From a virus: a stretch of DNA of 40,401 bases. This document shows positions 33,554 through 40,401 of the stretch, piece after piece. The notes under the pieces are model-generated. The model had not been told where the DNA came from, did not search any database, and saw only the letters and a program-made list of their open reading frames with translations. Location of the stretch: IMG/VR virus record IMGVR_UViG_3300045988_056832; one strand, written 5' to 3'. The first letter of the stretch is position 1; every line of letters begins with the position of its first letter. The position numbers and the translations under genes were made by a program.

Positions 33554-35203
33554 GTGGAAACTGTGTCTAGTTTATACATCCGTAAAATGTTCGATAGCAT
33601 CATAATTGAAAAGGGTTATGATGCTTCGTACACCACAATCCATCACTGTGATTGTGGACATACGTTCGGTGGCAGTTGGAATAGAAAATACAATATGGGA
33701 AGAGGATATTATACTGCGGCTAAGTACTATACTTGCCCAAATTGTGGCATTCATTCTAACCCATTTATGCACAAAGTTTTATTGGCCAACAGTGAACACG
33801 AAGTGGTTCCTGAAGAGATGCAGATTGACGTTCTAAGTTATAAGAACTTCATTGATTTACGAATACGATATAAAGGCATCCAGTTATATTGGGATGGCAC
33901 ATCAAAGGACGGCTCTTACAAAGAAATTTTGCGATTTGACTTTAAAAATAAACAGGCTATTTATATTGATAAATACAAAAATAAACATCCTTTGACAATT
34001 GATTATATCCGTGATCGTGAAAGACCAATTATGATGGTGCTTAAATATATCGGCAAATCTTATGCGGTGCACGACGTTAACAAATCACGTTTGGCTCATT
34101 TATTTAAAGCATTGCGTCTCGAGTTTGAAAGGCGCTTAACAGAACAGTGTGGATATAAGGTAAAAGGCATTTACATCCCACACTCTATTGATGAATATGG
34201 AGGATATGGACTTTCTATGTTAGTCAATATGGCTTTAAAAATTTCTGCCCCTGATATGCCGCCTATTACCAAGTTAATTAAAAGCAACATTAGATGGGGC
34301 GAGTTTTATTGGCGCTGCACAGCTTGTGATATTCCATTTAGTGATGAAATATTAACTATGACTAAAAAAGGAATAGGTTTTCTTGAAGCGTTACGGATTT
34401 ACCACAAATCACCTAATAGCAAATTATTACGCAGCATGATGGTTGAAGACCCTATGATTGTTAAACTATCCGATATGCTAGGTATCTTTAAGGATGAAAA
34501 TAACCGTAGGACAATATTAACTCTTAAGCGGAATAAAGATCCAGATAATGAATCTGCAAAAATATTTGACGCCAGCCATTTTGGCGAATGTATGGGGGTT
34601 AAATCTTCAAAAATCAAGAATATGTGGATTAGACTTTCTAAACGCTATGGGGAACGCAATTTATTAAGGTATCTGTTAAATGCTGAGTCATCAGATATTA
34701 AGGATATTGTTAATATGTATAGTCAAATAAATAAGGAATATATATCTCAAGTTTGGAACACTGATTGCAAGTTAAAAGACTTCCATGATGTTGTAGTTAA
34801 TGTTTACAACAAACAAGAGTACGGTGACGTAATTCTTCCGGAAATTCCTCAGCTACAAGCTGATGTAAACGGGATGCACTTCATGGTCCCTAAGACTGCA
34901 GCTGATTTGATGATTGCAGGTAAACGGTTAAAAAATTGCGTTGGATCATATCGAGATAGAGTCATGAAAGGGACTACTGCAATAGTGTTAGTTACCGACA
35001 ATGCTATGAAGCCGGTCGCATGCCTAGAATTGGCCAATAAAGGTAAAAATAAAGGTCGTCAAATATTCGATTTAGTGCAGGCGAAGCTCTTTGCTAATGA
35101 AAAACTAAAAAAGAATACTCAGATTAATTCGACGGTAATGCAATGGGCTAATCAATTAAAGATTGAACCTCATACCATCGATGTGGATGCCACTATTGTA
35201 TAG
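33554..35203 (+). CDS. PcfJ-like domain protein with N-terminal zinc-ribbon cysteines
   Basis: C-terminal AGKRLKNCVGSYRDRVMKGTTAIVLV matches the PcfJ-type xCVxxY motif. N-terminal HHCDCGH...CPNCG. Confidence 0.55.
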   Translation: METVSSLYIRKMFDSIIIEKGYDASYTTIHHCDCGHTFGGSWNRKYNMGRGYYTAAKYYTCPNCGIHSNPFMHKVLLANSEHEVVPEEMQIDVLSYKNFIDLRIRYKGIQLYWDGTSKDGSYKEILRFDFKNKQAIYIDKYKNKHPLTIDYIRDRERPIMMVLKYIGKSYAVHDVNKSRLAHLFKALRLEFERRLTEQCGYKVKGIYIPHSIDEYGGYGLSMLVNMALKISAPDMPPITKLIKSNIRWGEFYWRCTACDIPFSDEILTMTKKGIGFLEALRIYHKSPNSKLLRSMMVEDPMIVKLSDMLGIFKDENNRRTILTLKRNKDPDNESAKIFDASHFGECMGVKSSKIKNMWIRLSKRYGERNLLRYLLNAESSDIKDIVNMYSQINKEYISQVWNTDCKLKDFHDVVVNVYNKQEYGDVILPEIPQLQADVNGMHFMVPKTAADLMIAGKRLKNCVGSYRDRVMKGTTAIVLVTDNAMKPVACLELANKGKNKGRQIFDLVQAKLFANEKLKKNTQINSTVMQWANQLKIEPHTIDVDATIV

Positions 35204-35212
35204 GAGAATGAT

Positions 35213-37120
35213 ATGAAACTCACAAAATTAGAATTACTAAATTTTAAAGGGCTAAAGTCCTTTGCCATAAATATTAATGGCGATGTCGTAATCCGTGGCG
35301 ATAATGCCACCGGCAAAACGACTGTATTTGACTCAGTGTGTTGGTTACTATTCGGCAAGGACAGCCTAGATCGGGCTGATTTCGAAATTAAGACATTGGA
35401 TGGTGGTGAACCTATTCATAAAGTCAATCACGAAGTAACAGGCACCTTCACATTAGATGAAGGAGGTGCTATTGAGCTCAAACGTATCTATCGTGAAAAG
35501 TACTCATCCCCTCGTGGTGGTGAAGTTACTTTAACAGGCCATACGACAGATTATTTTGTCGACGGTGTGCCTAAGAAAGAAAAGGAATACAAAGAGATTG
35601 TAAACTCTCTAGTTGATGAAAGCATTTTCAAATTAATTACAAATCCATTGTATTTTAATGAAACGTATTCCTGGCAAAATCGCCGTAAGTTACTTCTTGA
35701 AATGTGTGGCGATATTGACGATGCTGCTGTAATTAATAGTCGTGAAGATTTAAAACGTTTAGCTGAGTTATTAGATGGTCGGACGGTTGATGATCAACGC
35801 AAAGTTATTGCTAGCAAGAAAACAGCTATTAATAAAGAACTTGATATGATTCCGGTTCGTATTGATGAAGCTGTGCGAAATAAACCTGAAGTTATGGCTG
35901 ATAAAGATAAACTAATCAGTGATATTAAAACTTTATCAACTGGCATTGATGATGTTGAAAAACAAAAGGCCATTATTAAAAACGGTTTTAGCGCTACAGA
36001 AAAACAGTCTAAAATTCGTGACATTAATCGTCAATTAGACGTCAGACGTTCAGACATACTATCCGATTACCATAAACGCAAACAACATTTGCGCAGCGAA
36101 TACGAAACGGCACTATCTAAATTAAAGGCGACTGAAGCTGAAAGAGATAGATGCATGGATAGAAGCAACGAGCTTGATAAAGAAATTGAGCGAGAAGCCA
36201 AACGCATCGAAACTCTAACATCTGAATTCGACACATTTAACTCTCAGCAGTTTAGTAAAGAGGCTTGCCCTACTTGCGGGCAGCAATTGCCGGCGGATAA
36301 GCAGGAAAAACTCGAGGCAGAATTTAACGCTAATAAATCTAAAAAGCTTGAAGAATGGAAAGGCCTTATCGATAGTGCTGCTAAGTTAAAAGGAAATTAT
36401 GAAGAGCAGCAGAAAACGATGGCGTTGAAAGCTGACGGATTAATAGATGACATTACCCTACAAAGCAAGGAGCGAGATATTAAACGTGAAGAATATGAAG
36501 CGTATTCTGAACCTAATGTCGAAGATGATCCTACATATGCTGACTTAAAAGCGCAATTATTCTTGCTTGAGATTGAAGAGGAACCAGGTGCAGATGTCGA
36601 AGAACTTGCAAGACTTGATGATGAATTATCCTCTTTAAAATCTAAAAAAGCAAATCTCGAGACTGAATTGAATAAATTCAAATTGATTGATGATATTGAA
36701 AAACGTGTTATCGAATTAGAAAACCAACAACAAAAACTTGTTGCCGAAAAGAATGAACTTGATGAATCCTCTTATCTGATGGATGAGTTCATAAAAGCTA
36801 AAGTTAACATGTTGGAAGAAAGCATTAATGCAAGGTTTAAATTAGCTCGTTTCAAAATGTTCAACGTTATGCTAAATGGCAACGTTGAAGAATGTTGCGA
36901 AACCACCTATAAAGGGGTGCCATACCGCAGCATGAATAACGCAGCACGCATTAATGTAGGTTTAGATATCATTAACGCATTGACTAGCTATTTCAAAGTT
37001 AATGCTCCAGTGTTCATCGATAATGCTGAAGCTGTTACTGACTTTATTCCTGTTAATAGCCAAACAATTAAATTGATCGTTGATGAATCAGCACCACAAC
37101 TTGTGGTTAAGGAGGTGTAG
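35213..37120 (+). CDS. Rad50/SbcC/SMC-like AAA ATPase with a central CxxC hook
   Basis: KLELLNFKGLKS...GDNATGKTT Walker A, long coiled coils, CPTCGQ mid-protein, C-terminal VFIDNAE Walker B. Confidence 0.8.
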   Translation: MKLTKLELLNFKGLKSFAININGDVVIRGDNATGKTTVFDSVCWLLFGKDSLDRADFEIKTLDGGEPIHKVNHEVTGTFTLDEGGAIELKRIYREKYSSPRGGEVTLTGHTTDYFVDGVPKKEKEYKEIVNSLVDESIFKLITNPLYFNETYSWQNRRKLLLEMCGDIDDAAVINSREDLKRLAELLDGRTVDDQRKVIASKKTAINKELDMIPVRIDEAVRNKPEVMADKDKLISDIKTLSTGIDDVEKQKAIIKNGFSATEKQSKIRDINRQLDVRRSDILSDYHKRKQHLRSEYETALSKLKATEAERDRCMDRSNELDKEIEREAKRIETLTSEFDTFNSQQFSKEACPTCGQQLPADKQEKLEAEFNANKSKKLEEWKGLIDSAAKLKGNYEEQQKTMALKADGLIDDITLQSKERDIKREEYEAYSEPNVEDDPTYADLKAQLFLLEIEEEPGADVEELARLDDELSSLKSKKANLETELNKFKLIDDIEKRVIELENQQQKLVAEKNELDESSYLMDEFIKAKVNMLEESINARFKLARFKMFNVMLNGNVEECCETTYKGVPYRSMNNAARINVGLDIINALTSYFKVNAPVFIDNAEAVTDFIPVNSQTIKLIVDESAPQLVVKEV

Positions 37121-37122
37121 AT

Positions 37123-37890
37123 ATGGAGAACTTACAAGTTTTCAATAATATTTCTTTCGGGCAGGTTAGAGTCCAGGAGTTAGATAATGAATTGTGGTTT
37201 GTAGCAAAAGATGTATGTGAATGTTTAGGTCTTGGTGATACATCAAAAGCAGTAGGTCGTTTAGATGCAGATGAAAAGGGTACGAATTCAATTCCTACCC
37301 CTGGTGGGCATCAGAATTTATTAACTGTAAATGAATACGGACTGTATAGTTTGGTTCTTTCTAGTCGAAAACCAGAAGCTAAAGAATTTAAACGTTGGAT
37401 TACACATGATGTAATTCCTGCCATTAGAAAAACCGGCTCCTATTCTATAGTAATTCCAAAAACATTACCTGAAGCTCTTAGAGCTTACGCCAACGAGGTA
37501 GAATCGCACAATGCAACAAAGGCTATTGTTGCTCAACAAGAGCAACAAATAGCTGAGTTCAAGCCGGTTAAGGATTACGTGGATAAAATCTTATCTAGTA
37601 AATCCTGTTTAACCATCACTCAGATTGCCGCTGACTATGGCATGAGTGCTCAAGAGCTAAATAAGATTTTGCATGAAGCTGGCCTACAACGTAAAGTCGG
37701 TGATCAATGGATTCTCTACAAGCAGCATATGTCGAAGGGCTTCACTAAATCCGAAACCTTTACATTCTGCAGAAGCGATGGTCGCTTAGACTCTAAAATC
37801 ACAACTAAATGGACTCAAAAGGGTCGTTTAGAAATTCACAATATTTTATCTAATTTAGATATCCACGCTGTATGCGAAAACGTGGCATAG
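37123..37890 (+). CDS. Antirepressor (Bro-N domain plus KilAC domain)
   Basis: FGQVRVQELDNELWFVAKDVCECLGL...KAVGRLD (Bro-N). ITQIAADYGMSAQELNKILHEAGL (KilAC). Confidence 0.85.
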   Translation: MENLQVFNNISFGQVRVQELDNELWFVAKDVCECLGLGDTSKAVGRLDADEKGTNSIPTPGGHQNLLTVNEYGLYSLVLSSRKPEAKEFKRWITHDVIPAIRKTGSYSIVIPKTLPEALRAYANEVESHNATKAIVAQQEQQIAEFKPVKDYVDKILSSKSCLTITQIAADYGMSAQELNKILHEAGLQRKVGDQWILYKQHMSKGFTKSETFTFCRSDGRLDSKITTKWTQKGRLEIHNILSNLDIHAVCENVA

Positions 37891-37900
37891 GAGGTACATA

Positions 37901-38608
37901 ATGGCAAATGAAGTAACTGTAAAGCAACATACAAATTTACCTGGCTTTCAATCTGCAGAAGGATTTGAATTATTACAACGACAAGCAAAAATGTTTACAC
38001 ATTCCACGTTGGTCCCTCAACAATTCCAGGGTGAGCAGAATATGGGAAATGCTATTATCGCATTAGAAATGGCAACTCGAATGAATGCTAGCCCATTAAT
38101 GGTAATGCAAAATTTATATATCGTATATGGCAATCCTGGTTGGTCTTCAAAGTTTTTGATTGCAACCTTTAATCAATGTGGTCGATTTGAAGCTATTAAA
38201 TATAAACCTACTGGCGAAAAAGGAACAGACTCTCAAGGTATTATTGCTTACACTCGTGAAAAGGGCTCAGAAGAAATTATCGCAGGTCCTGAAGTAACAA
38301 TCGCACTAGCCAAACAGGAAGGCTGGTATGACAAGAAAGGTTCTAAATGGAAAACCATGCCGGATCAAATGTTACGTTACAGAGCTGCAGCATGGTTGAT
38401 TAGAACTACAGCGCCTGAAATTTCAATGGGTTTACAGACTGCAGATGAAATCATTGATGTTGAAGGAAAGGTTATTGATACAGCTGACATAGTCGCTGAA
38501 ACTATTAATCAAAACGCTAATAGCGAAGTAATCGATATTGAGCCTGCACCTACCAGTGAGTTTGTTAATCCTGAAACTGGCGAAGTAGTCAATATGTTTG
38601 GTGATTAA
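37901..38608 (+). CDS. recT: RecT-family single-strand annealing recombinase
   Basis: AIIALEMATRMNASPLMVMQNLYIVYGNPGWSSKFL...MLRYRAAAWLIR. Confidence 0.85.
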   Translation: MANEVTVKQHTNLPGFQSAEGFELLQRQAKMFTHSTLVPQQFQGEQNMGNAIIALEMATRMNASPLMVMQNLYIVYGNPGWSSKFLIATFNQCGRFEAIKYKPTGEKGTDSQGIIAYTREKGSEEIIAGPEVTIALAKQEGWYDKKGSKWKTMPDQMLRYRAAAWLIRTTAPEISMGLQTADEIIDVEGKVIDTADIVAETINQNANSEVIDIEPAPTSEFVNPETGEVVNMFGD

Positions 38609-38610
38609 TT

Positions 38611-39333
38611 GTGATTAGTATTCAAGCATTCGGTAGTAGCTCGAAAGGGAACTGCTACCGAATCAAAACCTCAACAAATGGCGATGAATTACTGCTTGAT
38701 GCAGGGTTATCCTTCAAAGAAATTCAACGGTATTGTCGATTTAATTTTTTACATCTATGCGGCACGTTGCTCACACATCAACACGGCGACCATAGCAAGG
38801 CTGTAACTGATCTATTAAAGCTCGGACATCGTGTATACATGTTAAAAGACACTGCAGATGCATTATATGTAGCTGGGCATCATAAAGCCATCTATATTAC
38901 GACTAAGGTTCAATTTACGATAGGTAATTTTAGTATTCTACCTTTTGAATTAGAACATGACGTTCCTAATGTTGGTTTTTTGATTTCTGATGGAGAGGAA
39001 AAATTACTCTATATCACGGATACCTATTACTGCAGGTACACCTTTAAGGATATTGATCACATCATGGTTGAATGTAACCACTCCTATGAAATCTTAAATC
39101 AACAAGTAGAAGCTGGTTATTTAGATGAAAAGCGAATGGAACGGTTAATCCAATCTCATTTTTCACTAGAGAATGTAATTAAATTTCTAAAATCTATGGA
39201 CCTAACTAAGTGTCAAGATATACGGCTACTCCATTTATCAGATAGCAACTCAGATTCAGAAACATTTAAGCAAGCTGTTCAAGCTGCTACTGGCAAGTTA
39301 GTAATCGTAGAACAAGAAAGGAGCCCTTTATGA
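38611..39333 (+). CDS. MBL-fold metallo-hydrolase (putative nuclease partner of RecT)
   Basis: LLTHQHGDHSKA (HxHxDH). GTG start. Confidence 0.8.
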   Translation: MISIQAFGSSSKGNCYRIKTSTNGDELLLDAGLSFKEIQRYCRFNFLHLCGTLLTHQHGDHSKAVTDLLKLGHRVYMLKDTADALYVAGHHKAIYITTKVQFTIGNFSILPFELEHDVPNVGFLISDGEEKLLYITDTYYCRYTFKDIDHIMVECNHSYEILNQQVEAGYLDEKRMERLIQSHFSLENVIKFLKSMDLTKCQDIRLLHLSDSNSDSETFKQAVQAATGKLVIVEQERSPL

Positions 39334-39770
39334 TTATTAAATCAATTCAAATTAAAGATAACGATATCAGTATTGCCTATCAGAAGCCATCTGCCACAGG
39401 TCTTACGGATGTATTCACTCTAAAATCTAAAGATGATCCACGTCCTGAACTTCTGCAAGCATTTAGTAAACTGCAGTCTATTGTGAAGAAGAACTTTGAA
39501 TTTTTGGAAGAGTTTAAAATTCCGTTTTTGGTAAACACATTTAAATTTAAGTATGGCGACATTGAAGGTCTTATTAACCAGGTTGGTGTTGAAGGTATCG
39601 TGTCTGATATGAACACTCCTAACGAGTTCAAATTCAAAACAGATTGGTTAAATGTTGAGTATGCAGACTCTACATTCGCTATCTCTGTTCAAGACTTAAT
39701 CGATGAATGCGTGAAATTTATTATGGGACGTCGAGCCCAGGACAATTTGTTTAACGACAATGAAGAGTGA
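39330..39770 (+). CDS. Hypothetical protein
   Basis: 146-aa ORF with ATGA overlap to the upstream gene. Confidence 0.5.
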   Translation: MIIKSIQIKDNDISIAYQKPSATGLTDVFTLKSKDDPRPELLQAFSKLQSIVKKNFEFLEEFKIPFLVNTFKFKYGDIEGLINQVGVEGIVSDMNTPNEFKFKTDWLNVEYADSTFAISVQDLIDECVKFIMGRRAQDNLFNDNEE

Positions 39771-39775
39771 TAGAA

Positions 39776-40401
39776 ATGGCGAAAAACCAATCATACTACT
39801 TTAGTCATGATATCAATGCGAGCAATGATCCTAAAATCGCTGCTATGATTTCAGAATTAGGAATGATTTCATATGCCTGGTGGTGGATATTGATTGAAAA
39901 ATTAGCCGCAGCAGATGACTATAAACTGCCACTAAAAAAATATACATTCGTTGCTCTAGATAATGAATTAAAAATGAATAATGAACAAATTTTAACAAGT
40001 GTTCAACAAGTGTTCAACAAAAATCAACACGTGTTGGAACAAAATTCAATGTGTTCATTTTGTTCATTTTTGTTAATTTATTTGTTGATTCATGACTACG
40101 AATTATTGGACTGTGATGACGAATATTTTTGGTCACCCAGCTTAATTCGAAGATTTGAATTTAAAAAGGTGAAAGAGGAAACTATCCGCGAAAAACGTAG
40201 GTTGGCGGGACTTAAAAGTGCGGAGTCTCGCAAATCAAAAAAACAAAATTTAACACATGTTCAACAAAATTTAACACATGTTCAACAAAATTTAACACAT
40301 GTTCAACAAAATCAACTAATAAAAGAAAAGAAAAGAAAAGAAAATAATATAGAGAGAGATACGCGCGCGCGTGAAGATGAAAATCCTCTATCTATGTTTG
40401 A
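39776..40401 (+). CDS. Replisome organizer, N-terminal part (Lin1244/DUF4373-like N-domain). Continues into 1..389.
   Basis: YFSHDINASNDPKIAAMISELGMISYAWWWILIEKLA. No stop before the window end. The frame is continuous with 1..389. Confidence 0.7.
   Translation, partial: MAKNQSYYFSHDINASNDPKIAAMISELGMISYAWWWILIEKLAAADDYKLPLKKYTFVALDNELKMNNEQILTSVQQVFNKNQHVLEQNSMCSFCSFLLIYLLIHDYELLDCDDEYFWSPSLIRRFEFKKVKEETIREKRRLAGLKSAESRKSKKQNLTHVQQNLTHVQQNLTHVQQNQLIKEKKRKENNIERDTRAREDENPLSMF
39994..40036 (+). repeat. Iteron cluster A: 2 x AACAAGTGTTC plus the 12-bp palindrome CAACACGTGTTG
   Basis: Read directly. Followed by the T-rich tract tgttcattttgttcatttttgttaatttatttgttg. Confidence 0.7.
40249..40311 (+). 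repeat. Iteron cluster B: three perfect tandem 21-bp repeats TTTAACACATGTTCAACAAAA
   Basis: Read directly. Translated in frame as (NLTHVQQ)x3. Shares TGTTCAACAA with cluster A. Confidence 0.85.
40347..40401. repeat. Terminal overlap identical to 1..55
   Basis: Same 55-nt string as the window start. Confidence 0.95.

Noticed and set aside
40249-40311. CRISPR-like array
   Set aside because: The three 21-bp units are directly tandem with no spacers. They lie in frame inside a gene, which fits iterons rather than CRISPR.

Overview
The window holds one complete, circularly closed copy of a temperate phage with a contractile tail, from an AT-rich Gram-positive host (host assignment is inferred from gene content). 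Bases 1..55 are repeated exactly at 40347..40401. The unit length is therefore 40,346 bp, and the replisome-organizer gene starting at 39776 continues in frame into 1..389.

Module order on the + strand:
- Replication: DnaD-like organizer with internal iterons, DnaC-like loader, RusA-like resolvase.
- Late regulator, followed by a promoter/terminator leader.
- Packaging and head: TerS, TerL (PBSX type), SPP1-type portal, scaffold, major capsid, MuF/gp7 fused to an HExxH domain.
- Connectors and tail: sheath, tube, chaperone with a -1 frameshift, tape measure.
- XkdP-to-XkdU-like baseplate and a tail fibre.
- More fibre-associated genes, including a collagen-like protein.
- Lysis: XhlA-like protein, holin, amidase.

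A minus-strand lysogeny block follows: attP carrying a tRNA-Leu 3' fragment, integrase, a MazF/PemK-fold protein, a secreted protein, a mini ImmA-like peptidase and an XRE repressor.

The + strand early genes come next: Cro-like, Xis-like, small membrane and zinc-finger proteins, a PcfJ-like protein, a Rad50/SMC-like ATPase, a Bro-N/KilAC antirepressor, RecT and an MBL hydrolase.

The most unusual element is a second, arm-less tyrosine recombinase (22307..23158, minus). It sits antisense inside the late operon, directly beside the tail-fibre gene. In-frame inverted repeats (21782..21796 and 22293..22307) bracket the expressed fibre tip and a start-less alternative tip on the opposite strand (22062..22304). 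This looks like a tyrosine-recombinase-driven host-range inverton.

Other points worth follow-up:
- the MuF-metallopeptidase fusion with a possible immunity gene
- an orphan, elaborated MazF-fold protein in the lysogeny operon
- a lambda PR'/tR'-like late leader with phased TGTCC repeats
- a dual-frame ORF pair at the end of the lysis cassette

All family assignments come from motif recognition by eye. No searches were run.
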